Source of the DNA: Halobacteroidaceae bacterium | GTDB lineage: Bacteria > Bacillota > Halanaerobiia > B1SED10-174 | Assembly: GCA_003554585.1 (NCBI GenBank) | Contig: PWGV01000163.1 | Location: forward strand, 6,071-70,070 | Direction of reading: 5' to 3' | Length of the DNA: 64,000 bases | Shown: positions 38,981 to 48,014 of the stretch, in pieces | Layout of the letters: each line of letters begins with the position of its first letter | How positions within the stretch are numbered: position 1 is the first letter of the stretch | Position numbers and translations under genes: made by a program | Notes under the pieces: generated by a model | Told to the model about the DNA's origin: nothing | Databases searched by the model: none | Seen by the model: the letters and a program-made list of their open reading frames with translations, nothing else

Positions 38981-39719
38981 ACCCGGTATTGATCCAGTTA
39001 TTTCTCTGATTGGGGCGGGAGGGAAAACCTCAATTTTATATCATTTCGGGGATTGTTCTTCCCGCCTGGGAGAAAAGGTAGTGCTTACCACTACAACCAG
39101 GGTTTTTCCTGTTGAACGGCAGGATGTACCCCTGCTCCTGGAAGAAGACAGGGAGAAAAGAGCCGAAAGGGCAGGAGAACTTTTAAAAACTCATTCCCTG
39201 ATTCAGGTTGGGGCAGGAAGGGTAGGGAAAAAGGTAATTGGAGTTGAACGGGAAACAGTTCAGGACTTCCTGCAGAACGGGGCCGACCGGGTTATTGTTG
39301 AAGCCGATGGAGCCCGGGGTTTGCCTTTGAAATTTCCCGCGGAGCATGAACCCGTTTTACCTTTTCCACCGGGAAGGGTTTTCCTGGTCGTTGGAGCCTG
39401 GGCTCTGGGCCAGCCTTTTTCAGAGAAAATTTTTCACCGGCCGGAGCTTGCCCGGCGTTACCTTAGCTGGAAAGAAGGGCAGCTAATCGAAGGGGAACAC
39501 ATCGCTGATTTACTGCTCCACCCTAAATCATATTTACCGCGCCTGGAAGGGAAAAAAATATCAGTGATTTTAAATGGAGTTCGGGGTATGTGGCAGGAAA
39601 ATGAAGCCCAGAGGATAGGGGCAATTTTGTTCCGCAAAAGCAGGGTAGGAAATATTTACCTCACCAACCTTAAAGACCAACCATTCCTATGGAAATTGCT
39701 AAGAAGAAGGCAGGAATAG
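38973..39719 (+). CDS. yqeC: YqeC-family selenium-dependent hydroxylase accessory protein
   Basis: ISLIGAGGKTSILYHF P-loop-like N-terminus and VIVEADGARGLPLKFPAEHEPV. Overlaps the yqeB stop. Confidence 0.7.
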   Translation: MFKPGIDPVISLIGAGGKTSILYHFGDCSSRLGEKVVLTTTTRVFPVERQDVPLLLEEDREKRAERAGELLKTHSLIQVGAGRVGKKVIGVERETVQDFLQNGADRVIVEADGARGLPLKFPAEHEPVLPFPPGRVFLVVGAWALGQPFSEKIFHRPELARRYLSWKEGQLIEGEHIADLLLHPKSYLPRLEGKKISVILNGVRGMWQENEAQRIGAILFRKSRVGNIYLTNLKDQPFLWKLLRRRQE

Positions 39720-39783
39720 GAAAAATTTTGTCAAAATATAGTACTGGGAAATGGCAGAATATTTAAAATGAGGAGGGTTTTTC

Positions 39784-40518
39784 TTGAGAAAGTTAATGTA
39801 CCTGGTTTTGGTTTTGGCACTGGTGTTGGGGCTTGGTGGACAGGCTTTTGCCCAGACTTATGTTGTTGGTACCAGCGCGGACTTTCCACCCTTTGAGTAT
39901 ATTGAAGACGGGGAGTTTGTTGGGTTTGATATGGACCTGATGCGAGCTATTGCTGATGAAATGGACTTCGAGATTGAATTTCGCGATATTAGCTTCGACT
40001 CACTTATTCCCGGACTGCGAACCGGGACAATCGACATTGTCATCGCTGCAATGACAATTACCGAGGAAAGGAAGCAGGCTGTAAGCTTTTCCGACCCCTA
40101 TTATGTAGCGAATCAAAGTGTTATTGTAAAGGAAGGTTTGGATCGTGACCTGACGGTTTTATTCGGGGATAACCGGATCGGAGCCCAGACCGGGACAACC
40201 GGAGATCTCTGGGTAACCGAAAGACTTTATGATCAGGGTATTCTCACCGGGCAGGTTGTTCGTTACGAGACATTTGACCTGGCAATAGAAGACCTGGTGA
40301 ACGAGAATGTTGAGGCCCTGGTTCTTGACCGGCCGGTTGCGGAAAGATTCGTTGAGGATCGCCCCTTAATCCTGGTTGGGGAAATAATAACCCACGAGGA
40401 GTATGGAATTGCTGTTGACCGCGGCAACGAAGAACTATTACAGAAGCTAAATGAAGGTCTGCAGAGAGTAATTGATTCAGGGCGGATGGGCGAATTAATC
40501 GACAAGTATTTCCGGTAA
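39784..40518 (+). CDS. Polar amino-acid ABC transporter substrate-binding protein (family 3)
   Basis: Signal peptide ending GQAFA, then DFPPFEY, GFDMDL and MTITEERK. Confidence 0.85.
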   Translation: MRKLMYLVLVLALVLGLGGQAFAQTYVVGTSADFPPFEYIEDGEFVGFDMDLMRAIADEMDFEIEFRDISFDSLIPGLRTGTIDIVIAAMTITEERKQAVSFSDPYYVANQSVIVKEGLDRDLTVLFGDNRIGAQTGTTGDLWVTERLYDQGILTGQVVRYETFDLAIEDLVNENVEALVLDRPVAERFVEDRPLILVGEIITHEEYGIAVDRGNEELLQKLNEGLQRVIDSGRMGELIDKYFR

Positions 40519-40563
40519 AATTTAAATTAACCAGGTAGAAAAAACGAGAGGAAGGGATCTGCT

Positions 40564-41241
40564 ATCGAAAAGCTCCAGTTAGTCTGGGATGCACTCCCGG
40601 CTCTCTGGACGGGGACTAAGGTAACAATCCACCTGACGGTGTTAGGGTTGGGGTTGGGTCTGGCGGTTGCCATTCCGATTTCATTCCTCCAGATCTTTGC
40701 GCCCCAACCCTTCCGTTTATTGGCCTCGGCCTACGAGAGGGTGCTGCGGAGCATCCCCCTTTTAGTAACGCTATTTTTATTGTTTTATGGACTTCCTGCT
40801 TTTGGGATCCGGCTTGCTCCTTTTACCGCCGCTGCAATAGGGGTTGGGTTAAGGAGTTCTGCCTACCAGTCCCAGATTTTTCGGGGGGCAATTTTGTCTA
40901 TTTCGGAAAATCAGTTTCGGGCTGCCCTGTCCATGGGTATGAACCGAATTAGGGCTTTCCGGCATATAATCATGCCCCAGGCATTGCGCCTGGCTATTCC
41001 TCCCTGGACCAACGAACTGACCATAGTGCTCAAGGATACCTCGATGGCTTTTGCCCTGGGGGTTGTGGAGCTGGTCCGCCAGGGAAGGTATATAATAGTA
41101 GCAACGCGAGAACCTTTGCTGATTTACCTTACGATTGCCGCTATTTACCTTATTCTGACACTGCTAAGCAACAATACCCTGGGGCGCCTGGAGAAAAGAC
41201 TTCGCATTCCAGGTATTGGTGTAGAGGAGCGTGCCCGATGA
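40564..41241 (+). CDS. Amino-acid ABC transporter permease (His/Glu/Gln/Arg family), probable non-canonical ATC start
   Basis: EAA-type loop [32 protein letters not shown]. Conservation with the paralogue at 42002 extends about 18 codons upstream of the first canonical start (GTG 40639). The frame opens at 40531 with no ATG, GTG or TTG. An AGGAAGGGA RBS lies 6 nt before ATC 40564. Confidence 0.7.
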   Translation: MEKLQLVWDALPALWTGTKVTIHLTVLGLGLGLAVAIPISFLQIFAPQPFRLLASAYERVLRSIPLLVTLFLLFYGLPAFGIRLAPFTAAAIGVGLRSSAYQSQIFRGAILSISENQFRAALSMGMNRIRAFRHIIMPQALRLAIPPWTNELTIVLKDTSMAFALGVVELVRQGRYIIVATREPLLIYLTIAAIYLILTLLSNNTLGRLEKRLRIPGIGVEERAR

Positions 41242-42005
41242 ATAAGGAAAAAGATACCGTATTGAGAATTGAAGATCTGCACAAGAGTTTTGGCGATAAC
41301 CATGTTTTGCGGGGAGTTTCCCTGGGAATACGCAGGGGCGAAACCAAAATTTTGATTGGCCCCAGTGGAACAGGCAAAAGCACCCTATTAACCTGTATTA
41401 ATATGCTTACCCCTCCCGATTCGGGTAAGATCTGGCTTTTAGATGATGAAATTACTGCGAGCAGGAGGGTTAACTTGCTCCGGCAAAAAATCGGTTTTGT
41501 TTTCCAGGATTTCAGTCTTTTTAATCACCTGACTGCTCTGGGAAATGTCAGGATTGGACTTACCAAGGTTAAGGGAATGGATAGGAAAAAGGCGAAAGAA
41601 AAGGCAATGCAGGAATTAGAACAGGTGGGTCTCGGTGATAAAGCTTTCTCCTATCCTGCCCAGCTCTCGGGAGGCCAGAAACAAAGGGTGGCAATTGCCC
41701 GGGCTCTGGCCATGGACCCGCAGCTCATTTTGTTCGATGAACCCACTTCCGCCCTTGACCCCGAATTGATCGGGGAAGTTTTGAGCGTAATGAAAAATCT
41801 TGCCAACCGGGGAATGACCATGCTGGTTGTCAGCCACGAAATGGGCTTTGCCAGGACCGTCGCGGATGAAGTTATTTTCATGGAAGGCGGGGTAATAGTT
41901 GAACAGGGTCCTCCCACCCAGCTTTTTAGCAATCCCAAGGTTGAGAGGACCGGGGAATTTCTCTCCCGCCTGAGCAGTCTTTTTGGGGAGGGGGAAGAAG
42001 AATGA
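41238..42005 (+). CDS. Amino-acid ABC transporter ATP-binding protein (GlnQ-like)
   Basis: [24 protein letters not shown] and [11 protein letters not shown]. Confidence 0.9.
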   Translation: MNKEKDTVLRIEDLHKSFGDNHVLRGVSLGIRRGETKILIGPSGTGKSTLLTCINMLTPPDSGKIWLLDDEITASRRVNLLRQKIGFVFQDFSLFNHLTALGNVRIGLTKVKGMDRKKAKEKAMQELEQVGLGDKAFSYPAQLSGGQKQRVAIARALAMDPQLILFDEPTSALDPELIGEVLSVMKNLANRGMTMLVVSHEMGFARTVADEVIFMEGGVIVEQGPPTQLFSNPKVERTGEFLSRLSSLFGEGEEE

Positions 42006-42670
42006 CCTTCTGGCAGGTTATCCAGCATTCCTGGGGGCCCCTGATGGATGGCCTACAGGTTACAATTCAGTTGACCCTTTTATCAATCGTTTTCGGTCTT
42101 GCCCTGGGTTTAATTCTGGCCCTGGGGAAGGTTTACGGCGTGAAACCAATCCGCTGGTTATGTACAGCCTTTATTGAAGTTATCCGGGGAACACCCCTAC
42201 TGGTCCAGATTTTTATCTTTTACTTTGGACTTCCCCCGTATGGAATTCGGCTTTCACCCCTGGAAGCTGCTGTATTAGCTTTTTCAGTTAATAGCGGCGC
42301 CTATCAGGCGGAATATCTGCGTGGGGCTATCCAATCGATCCCCAGCGGGCAGATGCAGGCAGCATTATCCATGGGAATGACCCGCTGGCAGGGGATTATT
42401 TCGATTATTATGCCCCAGGCCTTACGCCGGGTGATCCCCCCGTGGACCAACGAATTTATTTACCTTTTAAAATACACTTCGCTGGCCTATATTATTGGAA
42501 CCCAGGAAATAATGGCACAGGCCCGCTTTGTTGCCAGCAGGAACTATGAATATTTCCAGACCTACCTTTTTGCCGCTTTGATCTACCTGGTGGTTGTTCT
42601 GGTTTTTTCTGAACTGTTTAGCTGGCTGGAACGCCGGGTGCGGATTCCGGGTTTTGAACACCATAAATAA
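42002..42670 (+). CDS. Amino-acid ABC transporter permease (second subunit)
   Basis: [36 protein letters not shown] overlap with the ATPase gene. Confidence 0.85.
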   Translation: MTFWQVIQHSWGPLMDGLQVTIQLTLLSIVFGLALGLILALGKVYGVKPIRWLCTAFIEVIRGTPLLVQIFIFYFGLPPYGIRLSPLEAAVLAFSVNSGAYQAEYLRGAIQSIPSGQMQAALSMGMTRWQGIISIIMPQALRRVIPPWTNEFIYLLKYTSLAYIIGTQEIMAQARFVASRNYEYFQTYLFAALIYLVVVLVFSELFSWLERRVRIPGFEHHK

Positions 42671-42687
42671 AAGGATTCAGGAATTTC

Positions 42688-42716
42688 TTTACCCGGTTAA
42701 TGGGCAATGCTATAAT
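42688..42716 (+). promoter_or_regulatory. Promoter with extended -10 upstream of the ROK kinase gene
   Basis: TTTACC (42688-42693), 17-nt spacer, TGcTATAAT (42708-42716). Confidence 0.5.
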
Positions 42717-42744
42717 TAGCTGTAGAGGGGAGGTTTAACCAGTT

Positions 42745-43683
42745 ATGCAGGAAAAATATCTGGGGGTTGATATTGGAGGCACCAAGGTAATGCTGGCCCT
42801 GGTTACAGCCGATGGGTTAACCTTAAAAAGAGACCGAATTGAAACCATGGCTGAGGAAGGGCCCCGTCGGGTTGTGGAAAGGATTGTAGGGTCGATAAAA
42901 AAAATAACCGGCGAGGAGAAAATAACTGCGGTAGGTCTTGGTGTTCCGGGACCGATTGATTTTTCCCGCGGGGTTGTAGCCCTTGCCCCCAATCTGGGGT
43001 GGAAAAATGTAGCCATAGTAGAACTTTTTGCAGAGCATCTTGATTTACCTATTTTCCTGGAGAACGATGCCCTGGTCGCGGCCTGGGGGGAGAAAACTGT
43101 AGGAGCGGGGAAAGATTTTGACCATTTTATCTATATGACTATCAGCACCGGGATTGGCGGAGGGCTGATTTTGGAGGGGAAGCTCTACCGGGGAGCACAT
43201 GGAGCCGGGGGGGAAATCGGACACATGATTATTGATCCTACCGGTCCTACCTGTGGCTGCGGCAATCAGGGTTGCCTGGAAGCCATGGCCTCGGGCAAAG
43301 CACTGGCACGCATGGGGCGGGAAGCCCTGGAACAGGGCCAGTGGCCAGAAGGTCCCAGCCCCGAGGGTATAACCGGTTCCACCATTACCAACTGGGCCAA
43401 GGCGGGAGACCAGCCTTCAATTGAAATAATTGATCGGCAGGCCCGTTACCTGGGTCTGGGCCTGGCCAACCTGACCCATCTGTTTGATCCTCAGGCCTTC
43501 GTTCTTGGTGGAGGAGTAATGACTGCGGCAGATCTGCTGCTGCCCCGCATCCAGGCTGCAATGGAAGACTACCTGATGCCTGGTTATGGGGAACGTTTGC
43601 AGCTCCTGCCTGCAAAACTCGGTGATATAGGTGGGGCCCTCGGGGCGGCAATGGTGGCCAGGGATTTTGGGCCGAAAAAGTAA
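42745..43683 (+). CDS. ROK-family glucokinase
   Basis: LGVDIGGTKV, GGGLILEGKLYRGAHGAGGEIGH and the CGCGNQGCLE zinc motif. Confidence 0.85.
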   Translation: MQEKYLGVDIGGTKVMLALVTADGLTLKRDRIETMAEEGPRRVVERIVGSIKKITGEEKITAVGLGVPGPIDFSRGVVALAPNLGWKNVAIVELFAEHLDLPIFLENDALVAAWGEKTVGAGKDFDHFIYMTISTGIGGGLILEGKLYRGAHGAGGEIGHMIIDPTGPTCGCGNQGCLEAMASGKALARMGREALEQGQWPEGPSPEGITGSTITNWAKAGDQPSIEIIDRQARYLGLGLANLTHLFDPQAFVLGGGVMTAADLLLPRIQAAMEDYLMPGYGERLQLLPAKLGDIGGALGAAMVARDFGPKK

Positions 43684-43701
43684 AAAGCCCCTGGGGGCTT
43701 T
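43684..43701. terminator. Short GC hairpin between convergent genes (possible bidirectional terminator)
   Basis: AAAGCCCC-tg-GGGGCTTT. Overlaps the stop codon of the minus-strand methyltransferase. Confidence 0.4.
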
Positions 43702-44398
43702 AAGCAAGGTCTATGCGAATCAGGGCGCTCCGGCGGGGGTTGGGGAGATACAGCCCTTCCCCGTCGGGGCGGGCGATTTGCCTGGCATGATTGCGGGCCA
43801 TCTGGGGGGAAATACGAAGCTGCTGTGATAAAAATGAAGTGGCTTCTTCCATGTCCTTAACTGGCTGTCCGAAATCAAAAGAGATCAATTCCAGGTGGTA
43901 ATTTAAATCCAGATTTTTCAGGGCTGCTTCTGTTTCCTCGTAAGGCAGGGGAGAAGTAGCCCTTTCCAAACCACTGCCAAAATCTTTTGGGCCCGCCGGG
44001 GCGATTAAGAAAACTTTTCGGCGGGTGTGCTCACAGATTTTTTTTAAACTCTCTTTCCTGCCCATGACCTGAGAACCGGAAAAAGCGGAAATAGTTACAT
44101 CGGCAATAATCCCTTCCGGAAATTCGCCGGGCCAGGAACCGGAGAGGATTTCGATTTTTTCGCAATTCCCGGTTACCTTTTCCAGGTATTTTCGGGGCAG
44201 CGGAGCAGGTTCCAGGTTATAGACCTTTTTTACGTGGCCAAATAGTTCCCGGGAAAAAAGCCCGGGACCTGAACCAATGTCTAAAAGGACATCGTCGGGT
44301 TGCAGGAAGGGTTTAATTTTCTCGATAAAAACACTGGGATAATCCGACTGCTCTCCTGCCTGCAAATACCAGCGCAGGCGATCAATATTCCATCTCAT
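43700..44398 (-). CDS. Class I SAM-dependent methyltransferase
   Basis: Motif I VLLDIGSGPGLF. 4-nt overlap with the upstream NTPase gene. Confidence 0.75.
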   Translation of the reverse strand: MRWNIDRLRWYLQAGEQSDYPSVFIEKIKPFLQPDDVLLDIGSGPGLFSRELFGHVKKVYNLEPAPLPRKYLEKVTGNCEKIEILSGSWPGEFPEGIIADVTISAFSGSQVMGRKESLKKICEHTRRKVFLIAPAGPKDFGSGLERATSPLPYEETEAALKNLDLNYHLELISFDFGQPVKDMEEATSFLSQQLRISPQMARNHARQIARPDGEGLYLPNPRRSALIRIDLA

Positions 44399-44940
44399 CG
44401 GGCCAAAAGCCCCCTTTCACGAAGAAAATTTCCGAGCAGGGATGCGGTTCTCCGCTCCTCGATCCTGTGGATTTCCACTCCAGGGGTAGCCCTGACCCGG
44501 TCCAAAAATGGACTGGACTTTTCCTTGATTACTCCAAGAACCGGCTGGGTTGAACGGAGCCTGGCCAGGACCGCCTGCTGAAACAGAAGGGCTTCTTCCT
44601 CGAAAATTCCCAGCTCGTCCATTATTAACAGGGAACAATTAACCGCCTGCTGGAGGGCCCGGGTGCCTTTCTGATTAAAAGTGCTTAAGACAGGGATCCA
44701 GCGGGAGCAGTTTTTTTTCTGATAGATTACCAGGTCCCGGATGGATCCCTGGAAGGATTTAGTTAGGCAGTATGGTTCCTCCCTGAGGTCAGCCAGCCTA
44801 AAAGCTACTGTTTTCCCGGAAAGAAGCATGCGCTGGACGACAAAACCTCCAACAGGACCCTTAATTTCTGGAATGAAGTCAACTATTAAAGAAGATTTTC
44901 CCCGACGAGGGGGGCCGGTGAGGAAAAAGTTATTGGGCAT
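44395..44940 (-). CDS. THEP1/NTPase_1-like P-loop nucleoside triphosphatase
   Basis: FFLTGPPRRGKSSLI (Walker A), GGFVVQR and LLIMDELGIFE (Walker B). ATG 44940 lies behind a GGAGGA RBS. The longer listed ORF extension is unsupported. Confidence 0.75.
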   Translation of the reverse strand: MPNNFFLTGPPRRGKSSLIVDFIPEIKGPVGGFVVQRMLLSGKTVAFRLADLREEPYCLTKSFQGSIRDLVIYQKKNCSRWIPVLSTFNQKGTRALQQAVNCSLLIMDELGIFEEEALLFQQAVLARLRSTQPVLGVIKEKSSPFLDRVRATPGVEIHRIEERRTASLLGNFLRERGLLAR

Positions 44941-45024
44941 TTGTTCCTCCTGTAAGGTACTAAATTTAAAGCCATTATTGCATACGGGGGATGGAAAGTC
45001 AATATTTATAAGGAGGGGAAGGTA

Positions 45025-46026
45025 ATGAGCGGGATTTACCATAATCTTAAAAAAATGATTGAAGCCGGGAAAGCCGGATTATTTTTTATCGATCTTGACC
45101 AGGAGCCAGGACGGCTGGGCCTTTATGATTCTGGCGGAGACTTTCTCGCTGGAGCTGACTTTGTCCCCAGGGATATAAGGAAAGATGTTATAGATTCCAG
45201 CAAACCTGGCATTCGAAAAAGCTCGGGAGGCAGGATTTATGGAGAGCTAGTGGCCCCGGTCCCCGTCCTTGTAATCCTGGGAGGGGGACATATAGCTAAA
45301 CCCCTTGCAGAAATGGGAAAACAAATTGGGATGAAAACCTGGGTAGTCGACGACCGGAAAGAATTTGCCTCCCCGGAGCGCTTCCCCGGTGTAAATAAAT
45401 TAATTGCCGGAGAATACAGGGAGTTTTTCCGGAAATTCCAGCCGGGCCTGGAACACTTTCTGGTAATAGTGACCCGCGGTCACAGGCACGACCTGAGTTG
45501 TGCCCTTGAGGCTTTGCAAACCAGGGCCTCCTATATCGGGATGATAGGTAGTAAGCGTAAGGTTAAAGAAGTATTTCAAAAATTAAAAGAAGAAGGTTTT
45601 ACAGAAGAAGATATTAGAAGGATTTATGCTCCTATTGGTCTTGATATTGGTGCAGAAAGCCCCGGGGAAATAGCTGTTAGTATTGTCGCTGAGATTATTA
45701 AAGTAAAAAAGGGTAAAGGGGAGCCAGGTAACTGGCAGGAAATCCTTCCTGCCCTGCAGAAGGGCAGCATGCTGGCGACAATAGTCTCTGCCAGCGGATC
45801 TACTCCTCGGGGAGCGGGCGCCCGCCTTCTTTTGCAGCCTGATGGTTCTACAGTAGGAACTGTAGGCGGAGGGCTGGGTGAAGGAAAGGTAATTCAAAAA
45901 GCCCGAGAAATCCAGGGCTCGGGAAGCAAAGTTTTGCTGGATTTTGAACTGGATCAGGATATCGCGGAAGAAGAAGGTATGATTTGTGGAGGTTCTTTTT
46001 CCGTTTTTATTCAACCTGTTGAATAG
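45025..46026 (+). CDS. xdhC: XdhC/CoxI-family molybdenum hydroxylase maturation factor with atypical domain order
   Basis: Rossmann segment VLVILGGGHIAKPLAEMGKQIGMKTWVVDDR...VIVTRGHRHD...IGMIGSKRK. A canonical XdhC_CoxI-type segment sits at the C-terminus (ATIVSASGSTPRGAGARLLL...GTVGGG...GMICGGSFSVFIQP). Confidence 0.8.
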   Translation: MSGIYHNLKKMIEAGKAGLFFIDLDQEPGRLGLYDSGGDFLAGADFVPRDIRKDVIDSSKPGIRKSSGGRIYGELVAPVPVLVILGGGHIAKPLAEMGKQIGMKTWVVDDRKEFASPERFPGVNKLIAGEYREFFRKFQPGLEHFLVIVTRGHRHDLSCALEALQTRASYIGMIGSKRKVKEVFQKLKEEGFTEEDIRRIYAPIGLDIGAESPGEIAVSIVAEIIKVKKGKGEPGNWQEILPALQKGSMLATIVSASGSTPRGAGARLLLQPDGSTVGTVGGGLGEGKVIQKAREIQGSGSKVLLDFELDQDIAEEEGMICGGSFSVFIQPVE

Positions 46027-46040
46027 GGAAGTAAATTGAG

Positions 46041-47867
46041 GTGAAGGTTTTGTTAAAAGAAAAACTCAGTCGATTAACTGCCCAGAGCGGTGTATATATT
46101 TTAAAAGATCAACTCGGGGAAGTTTTGTACGTGGGCAAGGCAAAATCCCTGCGCAGCAGGGTGCGTTCTTATTTTCAAAAGGGTGTTGCTTCTCCCAAGA
46201 CCAGGATGCTCCAGGAAAGAATCGGAGATTTTGAGGTTTATATCACCTCCAATGAAGTCGAGGCCATGATTCTGGAAAGCAACCTGATTAAAAAACATCA
46301 GCCTCCTTTTAATATCCGGTTGAAGGATGATAAAACCTATCCCTATTTAAAGGTTACCCTGCAGGAAGATTTTCCCCGGATTATTAAAACCAGGCAGTTT
46401 CGCCGGGACGGGGCCCGCTACTTTGGTCCTTACACCAGCGTTGAAGCTGTAAACCGCACCCTGAAGTGGCTGCTCCGGCTTTTTCCCCTGCGGACCTGCA
46501 AGAGAAAAATTACCGCAGGCGAGAAGTGGGAGCGGGCCTGTTTAAATTACCATATAAAAAAATGCCTGGGCCCCTGTATTGGTGCAGTTGACCCCCAGGA
46601 ATACCAGCAATGGGTGGAGAAAGTTATTCTATTTCTCGAGGGCAAACAGGAAGAACTCTTAAAGCAGGTGGAAAAAAATATGCAAAAAGCCGCCCTCAAC
46701 CAGGAATATGAACAGGCGGCCGAGTACAGGGATGCTCTCCAGGCCATGGAAAAAGTCCGTGAACGCCAGGAAGTAGTCTGGACTGGGGACGAAGAAAAGG
46801 ATATCCTGGGTCTGGCCCGAGAAGGTGACCGGTCCTGTATCCAGGTTTTTCAAATCCGTCATGGCAGACTTTTAGGGCGGGAACACTTTTTCCTGGAAGG
46901 AACTGGTGAGAGGACCTTGGGTGAGATTGTAACTGCCTTCGTGCAGCAGTATTACCTTGGCTCAAGGGGAGCCCCGCGGGAAATAATACTGCCGGAGGCT
47001 CCTGAGGAAAGGGAACTGATCGGGGCCTGGCTGAGTAAAGAAGCAGGTCACCGGGTAGTTCTAACGGTTCCCCAGAAAGGGAAAAAATTCAGGTTATTGA
47101 AGCTGGCCCGGGAGAATGCAGAATACCAGCTGGAACAGGAAAATCTCCTGGAGGAAGAAAAGAGAAAGAAAGAAGAAAAAGATTTAAAACAGTTGAAAAA
47201 GGCTCTCGGGCTGGAAACATTCCCAGAGGTTATCGAAGGTTTTGATATTTCTAATATTGGTGGGGAAGAGGCAGTTGGTTCAATGGTTGTTTTTGTCCAT
47301 GGACGGCCTGCAGGAGAAAGGTACCGCCGTTATAAGATCCGGACCGTTGAGGGCAGTAATGATGTGGCCATGATGGGGGAAGTGCTTGAAAGGCGCCTGG
47401 AACGGTTAAAAAATGAGGGTGGGACCCCTCCTGACCTGATATTAATCGACGGAGGAAAAGGACAGGTAAATCGGGTCCAGTCTGTCCTGGAAAAATTTAG
47501 TTTGGCGGATATTCCTTTAATTGGGCTGGCGAAAAAGGAAGAAGAAATTGTTTTTCCCGGCCAGCAAAAAGAACTGCGTCTGGATCTGGGGGATCGCGGT
47601 TTACAGCTTCTGCAAAAAGTCCGGGATGAGGCTCATCGATTTGCCCTGGGTTATCACCGCCGCTTACGGCTGCGGAGCATGACTCACAGCCTCCTGGAGG
47701 ATATTTCTGGCATAGGACCCAAGAAGAGAAAGGTCCTGCTTGATCATTTCGGTTCAATGGCCGCTCTCCGGCAGGCAGATTTAAATGAATTGAGCAAGGT
47801 TCCGGGGATAAATAAAAAAACTGCGGAAATAATTAGGGATTGGTTCCAGGAAAATCTACAAAGTTAA
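46041..47867 (+). CDS. uvrC: Excinuclease ABC subunit C
   Basis: GIY-YIG N-terminus (SGVYILKD...VLYVGKAKSLRSRV), a UVR domain (EYEQAAEYRDALQAM), an endonuclease V domain and a C-terminal HhH pair. Confidence 0.95.
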   Translation: MKVLLKEKLSRLTAQSGVYILKDQLGEVLYVGKAKSLRSRVRSYFQKGVASPKTRMLQERIGDFEVYITSNEVEAMILESNLIKKHQPPFNIRLKDDKTYPYLKVTLQEDFPRIIKTRQFRRDGARYFGPYTSVEAVNRTLKWLLRLFPLRTCKRKITAGEKWERACLNYHIKKCLGPCIGAVDPQEYQQWVEKVILFLEGKQEELLKQVEKNMQKAALNQEYEQAAEYRDALQAMEKVRERQEVVWTGDEEKDILGLAREGDRSCIQVFQIRHGRLLGREHFFLEGTGERTLGEIVTAFVQQYYLGSRGAPREIILPEAPEERELIGAWLSKEAGHRVVLTVPQKGKKFRLLKLARENAEYQLEQENLLEEEKRKKEEKDLKQLKKALGLETFPEVIEGFDISNIGGEEAVGSMVVFVHGRPAGERYRRYKIRTVEGSNDVAMMGEVLERRLERLKNEGGTPPDLILIDGGKGQVNRVQSVLEKFSLADIPLIGLAKKEEEIVFPGQQKELRLDLGDRGLQLLQKVRDEAHRFALGYHRRLRLRSMTHSLLEDISGIGPKKRKVLLDHFGSMAALRQADLNELSKVPGINKKTAEIIRDWFQENLQS

Positions 47868-47926
47868 TAAAATTATAAAATAAATGCAAGAGTTTAATAT
47901 TAATATTAAAAACTTTAAAAAAAGTC

Positions 47927-47955
47927 TTGACAGGGTCCTTAAGGGACCCTATAAT
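47927..47955 (+). promoter_or_regulatory. Consensus sigma-A promoter with an inverted repeat inside the spacer
   Basis: TTGACA (47927-47932), 17-nt spacer, TATAAT (47950-47955). The spacer reads GGGTCC-ttaag-GGACCC, a perfect 6-bp inverted repeat. Confidence 0.75.
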
Positions 47956-48014
47956 TATATTAAGAAAATTAAAATTTTCCTTAAAATAATTAATGGTGAG
48001 AGGAGGGAACGAAA

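Noticed and set aside
12001-46040. The 34-kb block between uvrA and uvrC as a mobile genomic island.
   Set aside because: No integrase, transposase, tRNA attachment site, flanking direct repeats or obvious compositional break could be seen by eye. It is treated only as a rearrangement/insertion hypothesis.
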